Source: Hormiphora californensis (taxonomy: Eukaryota > Animalia > Ctenophora). Taken from it: DNA of 64,000 nt. The notes under the pieces are model-generated. The model worked only from the letters and a program-made list of their open reading frames with translations, was not told the DNA's origin and searched no databases. The position numbers were made by a program, and so were the translations under genes. Of this stretch, positions 25,401 through 38,976 are shown in pieces (positions within the stretch are counted from its first letter, which is position 1; every line of letters starts with the position of its first letter). The stretch lies in assembly GCA_020137815.1 (NCBI GenBank), contig CM035355.1, positions 2,790,001 to 2,854,000 on the forward strand. The letters run 5' to 3'.

Positions 25401-28400
25401 AATATTTGATAGATAAAATGTCTTCAATCAGAGAGCAGAGAGAAGGGCTCCCCAGGGATATATTCGAACAGCCACATAACTTTGAGTGAATCTTCAAGTC
25501 ATCTTCTGACAAATCCATCTTTCTGGAAAAAACGATTAACGAGCTGTTGACTGTTTTAAGACAGGCTCAAATTATCACACACCGGGGCAAGAACCTGCAG
25601 GACCCCAGCATCTATCCCATCAGAAGCCCAGCTCCTACCAATTTACCTGTGTACGGGTGTCCTCCCCAGGTCGCATGATGAGAGGGAGGAATCTATGGAA
25701 CCTTCACAGGAACAATACACCTTGTGTAGAATGTCCTCGTCTGGTAATGCTAAAGGGTTGCTCCTCGCTGTTTGGGGAGGGAGGGAGGGGTGAATAGAAG
25801 GGTTGCTCCTCGCTGTGGGAGGAAGGGGTGAGGGGTTAATAGTGTGTAGTGAGAGGGAGGAAGGGAGGGAAGGGTGGATAGAAGGGTTGCTCCGGAGTTG
25901 CTCCTCGCTGTGGGAGAGAGAGAGAGAGAGGGGTGAGTGAGGGAGGGAGGGAGGGAGTGAATAGAAGGGTTGCTCCTCGCTGTGGGAGGAAGGGAGGGGT
26001 GAGTGAGGGAGAGGGAGGGGGGGGGGAGGGAGTGAATAATAGGGTTGCTCCTGGCTGTTTGGGGAGGGAGGGGTGAGAGAGGGAGGACGGGGGAGTGAAT
26101 AGAAGGAGAGGGAGTGAGGGACTATTTTTTTAGGTAGGGGTGAATAGAAGGTAAACTGTAGGAGGGATGGATAAATAGAAGGTAAGTTGGATCTTGTTTG
26201 GTCACTAAACAACCTTGTCCTACCCTTACCAAGGGCGATTACAACATAAGTTTCACTCACGTATTTGATTTGTAACGTAGGGGTTGAAATTATCACTGAC
26301 TCCATCCGTTGAGAGAAACACTATTGAGTCACTGTCCGCCTGTAAACACACATGTGTGAGAGAATGTGACATATGTGATATGAGTACTTTAGGACATAAT
26401 TAGGGTAACATGAAAACAGTAAACACAGGGAGTAACCAACTAAACACCACCAATCTACCTACATGACTATTTTCAAACTAAACACCAATCTACCTACATG
26501 ACTATTGTCAAATTAGACACCACCAGTTATACCTACATGACATATTGAGAAGGTCATATTGCCCAGATCAGGATCGTTCCCGTGGCATGGACCCAGACAA
26601 CCACCACAGTCCCTCATATCTCGTTTAGTAGCCCGTAACCTGGTGGTAGAATTGGTATTTGTTGGGGCTTAATTGAATTGGAATATGCAGATAAATCGGG
26701 ATAGATGTATCTTATTTTAGACGACAATATATCCTCAGATGATGATAGAGGATGGATCACTTGGTGACGCGGCCACCCCTACACTAGCCGCGTGCAGCGC
26801 GGCTAAACGAAGCCCGCGAAGCATAATAGGGGATGGCATCACCAAATGGATCACTATCATCAGTTTGATCACCTACTCGTCAGAAACGGGTGTAAGTTTT
26901 CCTCCGGAGAAGCGGTAGGTGCTGGTGTCGCCAACTTTAACGTTACACACAACCCACAGTTTCTTATCTGGGGAGGGAGAGTATTGGGTAACAGAAAGAG
27001 ACAACACTTTCGAGAGACATATTTTACATGATTTATACGATAATAATATCATTTCAAAAGCAAAATGTTTCAAAAACAAAATGTTTCTGTAACAAAGGAG
27101 CAAGATGAGTGACAGCATGAGTCACAACATGAGTCACATCATGAGTCACAACATGAGTCACATCATGAGTCACATCATGAGTCACATCATGAGTCACAAC
27201 ATGAGTCACATCATGAGTCACAACATGAGTCACATCATGAGTCACATCATGAGTCACATCATGAGTCACATCATGAGTCACATCATGAGTCACAACATGA
27301 GTCACATCATGAGTCACAACATGAGTCACATCATGAGTCACATCATGAGTCACATCATGAGTCACAACATGAGTCACATCATGAGTCACATCATGAGTCA
27401 CATCATGAGTCACATCATGAGTCACAACATGAGTCACATCATGAGTCACATCATGAGTCACATCATGAGTCACAACATGAGTCACATCATGAGTCACAAC
27501 ATGAGTCACATCATGAGTCACAACATGAGTCACAACATGAGTCACATCATGAGTGACAGCATGAGTGACAGATGAACAGATGCTATAAAATACCTGAGTG
27601 TTTTAAAGGTAAGACTATACAGGTAGAGAGGGTGGTAAGGCCTGGTCCCTGGTTCTTGATCAGATCTCTCTGTACCTCATTTACAGTGGCTGAAAGCTTC
27701 TCAAACACAGCTGAAAATATATGTATAGTTCATAATGTAATTTATTTGATAAGGATTCGGCAGATCAAGATAATAAATAGTTGTCTAGCTCAGCCACACA
27801 GTTAAGTAACTGAGAAATAGTGGAGAAAGTTGCCATTGCTTGATCATGATAGATGGAGTCAATAGGAAGGGCTCCCTACCAAGGAAGTGGGGTGGTGGTA
27901 GCTACCTTTAGTGTCGGATATGACGTCATCTCCATTGATGACGGTGGATAGAAGATGACGTATCACACTGAGAACTGCCCTTCGTGCTGCCTGGGCTGGT
28001 CCTAGTCCCCACCCACACCCATCGGCACACGCCTAGACAGTAGAGAGTGGGGTTGTAAAGTGAGATATACAGGGTGGTTCAGAAACATGGAGCCACTTGG
28101 AGAAAAAAGTTGGAAAAATACAATTCTCTCTCTATTGTACGGATCGAAATTTCAACGTGTTACCCTGTCAGTTGACAGGCTGATAATTTTTAGGAAAGAG
28201 TGACTCTCTGTCGATCTCAATCCTCAGGGGACACTTTTTCTAGTCAAGAGACCGTGAAAATACGTATTTAATTACACTGTACATTGGAGAGCGAACTGTA
28301 TTGACACATTAGTTATCTCAAAGTGGCTCCATGTTTCTGAACCACCCTGTAGTATAGAATGCTGGGTAAATGGTAAGGGTTGAAGTAAACTGCAGTCTCT

Positions 28401-29308
28401 GATTGAGATATTTATAACACGTCAGCTTACCATGATGGCAGCATTGCGAGTAAGGACAACAGCACAGCAGTCTGCCACAGGGTCCCCAACCTGGGTATCC
28501 CCATCACTCTCGTAAAGTGAGTCACACCGAGCAAAGGCAACATCATCACCACTCTTGTTCCACTCTGTAAATTCAGGGCTACCATCTACCTGGAAACTGC
28601 AGTGTTTTTAAAGGACAGGACAAGGGGATATGGACGGGTGAAATATAGGACACTGATTCGTCTAAGGGACAGGACAAAGGGACGGGAGAGGGACTGATTC
28701 CGCTAAAGGAAAGGACATGGGGAGTCTGACTGTGGTCTCGAAACTCTCTGGGAGATCCTTGAGTCAACTGTAAATCATATAAAAAACGGTTCTATAAACT
28801 TGATAGTTTTACCTCAAAGAGTTTGGCCTCTGGCCAGATTTTGTTTTAGTTAGAGCCCCACTAGGGAAATATTCGCATATCATTTCTTTCATAGGTTCAT
28901 CGTAGGGGGATATCTTCTGAACTCTGATCTCGTTGGTAGGGTAACACACTGAACAGGGGGATGAACTTGTTATGTTCTAACCCTCCCTTTACATTTGTAG
29001 GTGTTTCGGGTGCGGGGCGCCCGAAACACAGTCTAGCCAGGCAATTCAACACAGGGTGAGGAACTATTCAACTAGAGGCTAGAGCTGTTCTCTCTGCTGC
29101 CAACTCACGGGGAATTGTCAGGGACTACACATAGTGACCTCTCATCTGTGTGAGGACGGCCGAAGGGCACACGAAATAGGGCACGAGTACAATCGGAAGA
29201 TCACTGACCTTCAGGGGCACTAGAAAATGAAAAACACTTACCTTCACAAACAGGTAGATCCATGTAATTCCTACTCATTCGAGGGGTATCTATCGGGGCT
29301 TTAGACAT
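22444..29308 (-). CDS. PP2C-like domain protein (Drosophila CG9801 family), multi-exon
   Basis: Exons give GDPVADCCAVVLTRNAAIM, ADGVGWG, KVGDTSTY, RDMRDCGGCLGPCHGNDPDLGNMTFS, VFLSTDGVSDNFNP and PGKLDHASIAAV. Confidence 0.82.
23443..24483. mobile_element. Foldback DNA transposon, copy 2 (inverted relative to copy 1)
   Basis: Same poly-G termini, 10-mer arrays and core as 8268-9398. TSD ATCTAT at 23437-23442 and 24484-24489. Confidence 0.9.
24485..25277 (+). mobile_element. Non-autonomous Helitron-like element
   Basis: Starts A|TCTATATATA and ends CTAG|T. A hairpin AAACCAAT-TTG-ATTGGTTT lies just before the end. Internal direct repeat CGATTTATGGGGGGTCGTTCCC. Confidence 0.5.
27107..27570. repeat. 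12-bp intronic minisatellite ATGAGTCACA(T/A)C
   Basis: Directly visible tandem array. Confidence 0.95.
28070..28349. mobile_element. Tc1/mariner-type MITE
   Basis: TIR CAGGGTGGTTCAGAAACATGGAGCCACTT with TA flanks. Partial second copy at about 42862-42926. Confidence 0.85.
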
Positions 29309-30265
29309 CTGAGAAAGGGGAAGCAATGCAATTTAGTTAGAAAACAAGGGAGTATCATGAACAATAAACCTCCAGAATTATATTGTGTCTACAAATTACT
29401 TGCTATGTTCTAACCCTCCTTTACAGAGTCGAACAAGGCAACAGATTACAAAACCTACCATTCTTTTTATCATGTTGCGGGCGGCGTCCATATCACACAA
29501 ATAATATGAGCTAGGGGGAGAGGGAGAAGGCGCTTAAATATCACCCACGGAAATATGACCCCCACACAACGACACACACTGCCGTGTAGGGAAAAGCAAA
29601 TGTTGTAGGAACTACACTTTGTTAGGAAGAGTGGGGAGAGACCCCCACATGCCACACAACGCAAATGTTGGTGTAGCTGGAAAAGGAAGAACAATAGTTG
29701 TCTGGGAACTATTTCCAGGAATTACCAGGTTCATTCCGCGGAGATCAGACACACACACCGTAGCATACGTTCCAGTTCTAGTTCTATAAGGTCCGGTACA
29801 ATAACATCCTTTTAGCTGAACCATGAGACATATCCTATTGTAGGAAGGGAAGTGAATTAGGTCTAGTGTAATATTGAGCTAGTGTGGGGGGGGGGGGGGG
29901 GGAATTACACAAAATGTCGGGACTCGGGGTAGTTGGGGGAGAGGAGTTAAACAATAAATAAACGAGCATATTTGATCACACACAACTTGAGTTGTTACCA
30001 CAATACAATAATTTACAGAAACTTTCTTACACACACTCTCTCACACACTACTCTGTCAGCACATTGGTCTGACCTGCTACTCGCACGAGAACTGTGGTCA
30101 GAGCATTGGCCTGACAGCTACTAGTCCAAGTAGGAGGGAAGTGCACTTCTTGAGGGCATTCTCACACACGATATTACTATTATTATAGGGGTGCGTCACG
30201 ATATTAGAAGCCAGCTTCAGCAATACATGTATCACACACACCCAGTCAACTCAACACACAATACA

Positions 30266-30369
30266 CAGTTGAACCTCAACCTCGATATATCTCGGGGGGA
30301 GCTCTCAGTTTGTTTTGATCAAGGGTCAAACAACGCAACTCACAGCAGTTATATCGAGGTTCTCAACTG
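30266..30369. mobile_element. Small pogo/Tigger-like MITE
   Basis: Imperfect TIR CAGTTGA..AACCTCGATATA / TATATCGAGGTT..TCAACTG. Confidence 0.55.
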
Positions 30370-30384
30370 TATAATTACTAGCTA

Positions 30385-32251
30385 GGTTGTCCCAGAAATA
30401 ATGTCATGTCCCGATTTCTCCAACTTAACCTACCAATTTCGATTTAAAACTTTTCAAGCTTGTTCATTTAACTAGTAGAGTCGATAAGAACACTCACCTC
30501 CTCCGATTTCAGTGAAACTTCTCACATGCTAACATATGATAATGGAGGTACAAATACCGCTTATTTTAGGTCCGAAAAACTTTTGGTTCGTTAATTATCG
30601 CTAATTGAAAAACGCCAAAAATGGGCTAAAATGGCCCTTAAGGTGGATTTGAAATTTTGGAGTTGGAACTCCAGACTTCGTACAGGTGTCCGCTAGGATG
30701 CCAATATGCACCACAGGCGGGCTCAGGCCTAAATTCGTCCGAATTTTTGCGTAAGGCCGGATGGCGTGAATTTTGGTCACGTGATTTGGGCAAAAAATCA
30801 GTTTTTTGCTATTTGTGCCTTTCCTGCACGCCGGAGATGAAAAATAAGGCCATTTCCTCTCATTTATTTTTCTTTCTGCATCGATTAAGCAGGCTATGAA
30901 CCTCCCTTACTTCAACGGTTCAGAAGTTAGAGTTTTGCAAAAAAAGAGCGGGAGACTAGATGGCGTCAATTTTGTAAGGCGATTTGTGTCTTTCCTGTGC
31001 GTCTGGGATGAAAAATGATGTCAAAACGTGTCATTTTCATCATATTCTGCATCGATTAAGCAGGTTATAAACATCCCTTACTTGAGCGGTTCAGAAGTTA
31101 GCCGAGGTCACGTGACCAAGATTTACGCCATCCGGTCTTACGCAAAAATTCGGACGAATTTAGGCCTGAGCCCGCCTGTGGTGCATATTGGCATCCTAGC
31201 GGACACCTGTACGAAGTCTGGAGTTCCAACTCCAAAATTTCAAATCCACCTTAAGGGCCATTTTAGCCCATTTTTGGCGTTTTTCAATTAGCGATAATTA
31301 ACGAACCAAAAACTTTTTGGACCTAAAATAAGCGGTATTTGTACCTCCATTATCATATTTTAGCATGTGAGAAGTTTTACTGAAATCGGAGGAGGTGAGT
31401 GTTCTTATCGACTCTACTAAACCCTTGACTCTATAAAACAAGTGTTTGTTTTGAAAAAGTTGGTTTTTGACGCGCCCTGGTGAACCCGGAAACAAGCGAG
31501 AAAAAATTTCCGCTGAACGAAAAATATGCGCATGTTGAAAACACTACTGTACTTTTTCAGATAAGCGTCTGTAAAATATTTCACTACACCATTCTTGTTT
31601 ATTGGACAATTTTCTATCGTTTGAGTGGTGGATGAAGACACAGGTACCACTCGTTGCTGAGCTATGGAGCTCTAAAAAACTTTGGTCAAAATCAGAAACT
31701 TTCACTTCCGGGTCACTTCAGGCATCAGTGGATTGACTTACAAGAATTATTTTAACAGCTATTAATAGTCCCAACTAAGCTCTTAGCCTTGGAGATGCTG
31801 AATGTTTGATTTGGTGTGGTTTTGATCTGAAAATTTGAAGTTTTTGAAAGTAGCCATAAAACAGGTCAAAATTCAGGGTGAATTTTTGGATTTTTTCGCT
31901 TTTTTGCGGCGTATAAGTTTTGCCTGACGCTTTCATAGGTTGCGTCGAGACTTAAATCGCATAGATGCATAAACTGTGGACGATGGGCAATCTTTTGGTG
32001 CCATTTGGAATTCTGAAAACTCAAATGGCTTTACTCCAGCGACGTTTTAAGAAATACAAAACTCCCGTTCAGCGGCAACCCGACTTAGGGTATCACAATA
32101 CCCAATTATGGGCAGGTGAAATCCTCATTCAAGATTCAAGTCACGTTACTGAGCTAAAGATTGTCTAATTGACAAGATAGGACCGGTTAGAACTCTCTAA
32201 CTCATGTATTTCTTGAAAATATCGGTACATGACATTATTTATGGGACAACC
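30385..32251. mobile_element. 1.9-kb non-autonomous TIR element with a large internal inverted repeat
   Basis: TIR GGTTGTCCCA.AAATAATGTCATGT.CCGAT with TA flanks. About 30472-30785 is inverted at about 31105-31418, around two ~170-bp direct repeats. No transposase ORF seen. Confidence 0.8.
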
Positions 32252-32364
32252 TAATATAATACTACCCTGCTGTCCCGGTTATAACTCTCTGAAAAACACA
32301 CACACTCTATACAAAATTAAAACGATGGTTCTATGTACAAATTAAACACAGCAGCTCCCAACCG

Positions 32365-32443
32365 ATCAAAACTCGTTATTTAGGTCACGTGACTGGTTAT
32401 CAGCCAATCAGGGACCAGTATTTCTAGATTTGGTCGGTTCCTG
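32365..32443. repeat. Short dispersed repeat, second copy at ~61930-62001
   Basis: TAGGTCACGTG..TGGTT.....CCAATCAGGGACCAGTATTTC..GATT.GG.CGGTTCCTG is present at both sites. Confidence 0.8.
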
Positions 32444-32456
32444 GCTACTACTACTA

Positions 32457-35235
32457 CTACAGTATGGTACAGGCTCTCGAGTTCTGATGGGTCCCTGGGG
32501 TAGTTGTATCTACCACGGGGTCCTTCTTTTTCTTTTTCCAGAACTTCAACTTGCTCTTTTCTTTACTCCCCTCTTTTACGGGGGTCTTGGGTTTGCTTTC
32601 CTCTACCGCCTAGATATAAGTAGACATTGAGGAAGAGGGTCGAACAGTACAGGGGAAGTGGGGGCTAGAATAATAAACTTGCTAAGGAACTAGAAACAAG
32701 TCTCAACTAAAACCCCTATTTACCTGGGCACCAGCTCCAGTAGACGAGGGTCCTTCAGATTCCATTCTAGTTATATCGCTAGAGAGCCGGGATTCAGTAC
32801 CTACCAGGGTCTCAACTGGTTTCTTGCCACCAACCTGATCACCTTCCTCTGTATCGTCTTCAGTATCTCCTGGGACAAGATATCACAAGTCGAGATGGCG
32901 TTTAATTTGTTAGCTAAATCTAGAAAGTCAATAATTTGGTGGTGTTGGTGCAGGTAGGTTATTGTGTGCCAAACTCTGCTCCGGAGGGTAAACCGAGAAA
33001 GTCAATAGTGGTTTGTTCCATACCTTCTTCATCTGTCTCGGTGACATAACTAGAACTATCCTCCTCCTCAGGTTTTACAGTTCCATTCTTCCTTGGAGGT
33101 TCCACTTCACTCTTCGTTTCCTTCACCTTATCACCAGATTTACCCTCTTTAGGCTTAACAGCAATAGGTTTAGGAGATCTAAAAAGATAGAGCTGTTGAT
33201 TCTATTTAAACAATCATAAAATTCCAAATATATCTATCTATCTCTCAATATCTTTCTCAATATCTTTCTCAATATCTATCTCTCAATATCTTTCTCTATC
33301 TCTCAGATCTTCCTACGTTGTAGCGGTGGTAGTAGTTGGAGAAGAGGCGGGTTCCAGATCATCTATAGACATAACATTCTCCATAAATCCTCCTCCTCCT
33401 GCCCCAGATTCCTCCTCTTCCTCTTCACTCTCCTCTGAATCTGATACTGGGTTAACACAGAGTGTAGTTGTAACATGCACAGTGCACACTGATACTGGGT
33501 TAACACAGAGTGTAGTTGTAACATGCACACTGATACTGGGTTAACACAGAGTGTAGTTGTAACATGCACACTGATACTGGGTTAACACAGAGTGTAGTTG
33601 TAACATGCACACTGATACTGGGTTAACACAGAGTGTAGTTGTAACATGCACACTGATACTGGGTTAACACAGAGTGTAGTTGTAACATGCACACTGATAC
33701 TGGGTTAAGGTTGTATTCAGACATGCACACAAAATGAAGGGGGACTACAAAATTAGTAAGACGAGTAGGCGTACAATTAGTACAAGTAGGAGTATAATGT
33801 GTGTTATATGTGTGTTATACCTTCACTGGTAGCACCTGGTTCATCAGTTTCACTTCCTGATTCCTCCTCCTCTAAAGGCAGCTTCCCCTTCTCCCCCTGC
33901 TTTACATCTGGTGTTTTCCCCTTCTTGTCCTGTTTTAAATCTGGCGTCTTCCCCTTCTTCTCCTCCTCCCTATATGGTGTCTTCTTCTGATCAGTGGGCT
34001 TCTCGGGGGTACCAATCTTAACTATCTCCTTCTCTTTCTTCTAAATTAGGTAGAACAAAGTGTCAGATACAACATCAATGCAGAGAAGTCACATTTGACA
34101 TTGGTTAGTAGAGATAAAGATCACAAAGAGACTTCGTTAATATCACAGACTCAGGAGAGAAGTCATATTAATACAATTGGTAAATAACAGGAAGACTATC
34201 AGTGATCACAAAAAGACTCACCGGTTCTAGGGCACTCTCCAGAGACTTCACTGATTCTTCCATGATACAGGGTGCTGATTCCTCGTTCTCTTTGTTCGAA
34301 TCGCCCTCTACAAAGAAGATGGAGAGTTACCAAAAATACAAAGGAGAGATGTTCTAGCCTAGCAACAAAGGAGTGGGGAGAGATTGCCTAGCTGTTACCA
34401 ATTGAAACCAGGTAACTACACTGAACTCAGCGGGCGCGTGGAGAGCTAGAGATAGTAAGAACAGTGTTCTGAACAGCTCAAGTAACCAACCACAACACAG
34501 AGAAAGGAGGGCCAATCTCTGCCATTGGTGGTGCCAACTACTCGTCTAGTTTTGCTTAAAATTTAATCAATAGAGTAGTTTCTATCAGCCAACCATTTAT
34601 AAAGGCACAGCTTATGGTCGAGACTCGAGTTAAATCTGTCTGACAGCGCCACAAACCACATAAAGAGGCCGGATGGACGAAGGGTTAGAACATGAAAATT
34701 AAAACAGCGGTCCTCGAAGAGTTGTTATGTTCTAACCCTCCTTCCGGGGCGCGGGAAACAGGGTCGAGCATTGAGCAAGGCAATGTAATGTTATTACATA
34801 TAGTGGACCTTGTATGGTTATACCTTTATTAGTCCCGCTGCCCCGGAGGTGCCGTTTAGATCGGGCCCCTGATATCCTAACATCCTCAGAAGGGGGTTTA
34901 CCAGGTTTAGCAACTACCATCGTATGACAACCCCCACACGCCACATCAGATACAGTAGCAACCGAACTAGGGAGGGGGTGATAATAGAGAGTACTAAAAT
35001 GGAGGGAACTGAACGACCTACACTCAGGGACGGGGTAAAATAGTGCTGTGAGTATTTCAATTCTTACCTGAAGGTCTCGACTAAGTGTGGGGAATGTAGA
35101 TTTGAGAAGGCGTCCTCCCCATGACAGAGTTTACCATGTCGTCCGTCCCCAAATGTGTAAAGGTGTCCTGTTCTAGAGACGACTGCTGTGTGACCCTCTC
35201 CTAGTGATACTGCACTGACGGGAGGACACGGTACC

Positions 35236-35311
<76 letters not shown>

Positions 35312-37331
35312 GAGAGATATCACACTACCTTTGTCAGCGTGTAGACACATTTGTTGAGAGAGGAAGGAGAGAATCCTAACTGCCCTCTCTGTCCATCTCC
35401 ACACATAAAAAGTTGTCCACTTCCTGATACCACTGCAGTACAGTTGTTTCCACAACATACCTGGGGTAAAAAAACATTTTATTTTCCTAGATTTATATTA
35501 AAAAGTAAAACAAAAAGTCAGACTGGAGAACCCGGGCATTGATCCCGGTACCTCTCACATGCTAAGCGAGCGCTCTACCATTTGAGCTAGTCCCCCGACG
35601 AGAAAATTGCTATTACGCGCTATTAATATTGCACAGTTCTTGTTAAGGGCCCTCGCTTAGCTTGCGTTTCATGACCTCTACCAACTATTACCACAGCAGT
35701 GACCACCTGCACCAACACCCTGTTAGGCCAGTGCTCTGACCAAGGTTCTCGCGAAAGAAATGAGAATAGGGTCAGGCAGTGACCACTGACCACCACCCCA
35801 CCCCCGGTACTCACCTTTTCAGCGCTATCTACAAAGAAGACTGGTTGAGGGGTAAAATAGCTGTCTAGAGGGTCCTCCCCCACTCCCAACTTCCCGCACT
35901 CACTCTCCCCGAAGGAGAACAGTTTGCCCGATTGGGTCACTATGACGGTGTGATAGTAGCCACACGATGCGTCCTTTATTCCCTCCTTAGTGAACTGGAA
36001 ATGAGATTTCTGAGGCTCTGTTAGTGATGGGGGATTTGCAACCGGGGATTTGGAAAGGGAGAAAGATTGTTGGAGAGGGTTGGGAAGGGTTGGAATAGAG
36101 GGAGATCGAGGGCTGGAAATCACAAGAAAGGAAATATGGATCAGGGAGGTCTATCATACCTGTAACTGTGTCGGTTTGAGAAGTTTCAAAACACTATCCC
36201 CCATTCCTAGTTGACCTTCAGACCCTGACCCCCACATGTATACTTCTCCCTTCGTATCTGCAGGGAATCAGTGTCAAATTCCTGTCAAGCACTGAGATTT
36301 TATGTGGGTTTGTTAGGAGAAGACACTGGACAGTCTTGCGGGGACGGATTGTTAAACAAAGCGCTGAGTAGTACACACTGAAATGTTCTACAGACAGTTG
36401 TCGCCTTCTTCGAACCAGGTCGCGACATTACAGTCACGTAGAATGACAGTAATCATGGGGTATGACAATAATCATGTGGTTATTACCTAGTAGCAGGGAG
36501 TGTTCCACCCCACATGAGAGACGTTTCACTGTGATCCCTGTCAGGAGACTGTAGGGAGATAGGACCTCATCGTCCTCTGTTCCGTTAGCCTGGGGAGGAG
36601 GGAGTATTGGACACTCAGAGTCAGAACTTAGAGGATAGTTATTAGTTATACTCAGAGGAGAGAACACTCAACACAGCTCAGAGAGTCACAGCTCAGGGAG
36701 ACAAACAGACATAGGAGTATTCAGATTAATTATAAGATCGATTCATCATATTATCATACCTGGTTCTCCCCATTCGCTCCACAAGAGAACACCTCATTCT
36801 CAGTTGCAATGAGGGTATGTGATCTCCCACATGCCACATTAACCACCTTCTTCCCTTTCAGGCTCTTCACAAAGCTAGGTTTAGTTGTCTGTTTAGTGTG
36901 TCCCAGGGCTAACTGTCCCCACTGGTTACTACCAAATGTATACACTCGACCTAAACAGGGGGGGGGGTAAAAGGGGAAACACACACACACGGGTAATTAA
37001 TTATGAATTATTTGTGGCAGTGATAGAGAGGATCGAGCAAGACAAGGGTCTGGAAGGTTATTTCTAATTCTAGTGTAATACCACACAAACTAACAGAGAT
37101 GGTAAGGGGAAAATGCCGCACAGAGGAAGCAAAAAAAGGTTGCTGTACAACACAAAAAGTGGCAGTTAAAAAAAGGAAATTACCTGTAGAGGTTACAACA
37201 GCAGTATGTTCATCTCCACACGCTACAGTAGTTACAGGGTCATTCTTCACCCAGAACTTGTTTGCATTGTTATCTCCAAACCTGCTCCGCCCAAATGTGA
37301 ACACCGCTCCGAAATCCGGGACCTCTTCCAT
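32457..37331 (-). CDS. RPGR: RPGR homologue (RCC1 repeats, acidic region, C-terminal CaaX box)
   Basis: Starts [50 protein letters not shown]1 repeats include [21 protein letters not shown] and [10 protein letters not shown]. The last exon ends NSRACTIL*. Confidence 0.92.
33441..33708. repeat. 41-bp tandem repeat spanning an RPGR 3' splice site
   Basis: CTGATACTGGGTTAACACAGAGTGTAGTTGTAACATGCACA, about 6 copies. Confidence 0.92.
35524..35596 (-). tRNA. tRNA-Ala(AGC), in an RPGR intron
   Basis: GGGGGACTAGCTCAAATGGTAGAGCGCTCGCTTAGCATGTGAGAGGTACCGGGATCAATGCCCGGGTTCTCCA folds as a cloverleaf with the G3:U70 alanine determinant, followed by a T5 Pol III terminator. Confidence 0.92.
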
Positions 37332-37679
37332 CACCTCATATCACCTAAAATATAATATGCAATGAAGGGAGGTGATCTGTGCGGTGAGACAGGGTTGAGA
37401 CTTGTGTAAGGCAATGGGGACTGGGATCATACCACCTAACTATCAATAGAGAGGGGATTGGGGTGTGGAGAGACAGCGTTGAGGCAAGGAGGGGACTGGG
37501 ACGAGGGACAACAAGGGCGGGTTGGTCAGCGTGGTTTATCCGCGCGCGCTCCTCTAAATGTTGATAACTCCTACTTTCATTACAGCGCACTGAGAATGCA
37601 GAGAGGGAAGAAAACGGAAAAACAAGCTTGCCAAGAGTGCACACAACAGCATGTCAAATAGCAGCTTCTAGCAGGTGAG

Positions 37680-37682
37680 AGG

Positions 37683-37737
<55 letters not shown>

Positions 37738-37795
37738 AGAGAGAGAGAGAGAGAAAGAGATAGAGAGACAGAGAGAGAGAGGGAGAGATAGAGAT

Positions 37796-37892
<97 letters not shown>

Positions 37893-38084
37893 TGCTAGTG
37901 GATATATTGAATTCTGGATTCTAGTAAATTACATATAATACAAATGATCAATTTTACTCTACGTAGGTACACACAAATAAATAGTAAGCAACAAACAGTA
38001 GCCCCTATCATTTAAAACACACTCCACCACCGCCACAATTGACCTAAGTGCTCTCTCCCTCTCCTTTATCTCTCCCTCTCTCTC

Positions 38085-38170
<86 letters not shown>
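37680..38170. repeat. (GA)n and (TC)n microsatellites in opposite orientation; similar tracts at 35237, 43970, 51562, 58455, 60950 and 63210
   Basis: Directly visible. Confidence 0.95.
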
Positions 38171-38203
38171 CCTACAAAGAGAGCACTATATTTTGTTATA
38201 GAG

Positions 38204-38217
38204 GTTGCTATGGTAAC
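38204..38217. promoter_or_regulatory. RFX X-box upstream of RPGR
   Basis: GTTGCTATGGTAAC matches the X-box consensus GTHNYY-AT-RRNAAC, about 870 bp upstream of the RPGR ATG. Confidence 0.6.
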
Positions 38218-38976
38218 CATGTAATTGGATCTCCTATATAAGGCAAGAGAGGGAGGCTGCTCCTAGCGACCACTAAGTACAGCTATATGTAGCAAATTCT
38301 GTCACATTAATTATGATTTCAATTCTGTGTGATTAAATGAAGTAATTGGTGATATAATTGGTGATGTCACTAGGATGGACACAATAAAGTAGATAAGATA
38401 AGCCGAAAGCGAAAGACGGTATAGCTAGGCAATCAAAATGTAGGTATGTAATAACAAGTAACAAGTAATCAAAACTAAAAAACGCAGCGTAATGTGTAGT
38501 GGCCGTATCTCTAAGAATCCAGGTGGCACAGGAACCAAAATGGTGACAAAATCCCCCATTTAGACTTCCCAAGCGTGCCGCGTGGAACATTCGAGAGAGA
38601 ATGGACGAGAGATTTACTGTCACAATGAGACCCGATATGGTCAAATCACACTTGAACAAGACTGCCAACTAGCTACGCCGAAGGAAGAGAGAGATCACAG
38701 CTATAAAAAAAAGCTAATTTCGGAAAGCAAGATGTGAGATGGTAAGGAAGGGAAATGCAATATCAAAAACTTGACACATACCACACGCGATGGCCTTGGG
38801 AAACCATGATCTACGCTAGAGAGGGAGATAGTGGGGGTTAGGAGAGAAGAATCTTAAAAATACAATTGTCTAACATAATAAATAAATGTAATGTGAGATA
38901 AAAAGATAATCCATTAGTTCCCCGTTTGGTGTAACGAAATGTAAGAAATTTATAAAAACATTGCGTCTAAAAACAT

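Noticed and set aside
27054-27575. THDV / MSHI repeat ORFs
   Set aside because: Translation of the 12-bp intronic satellite.
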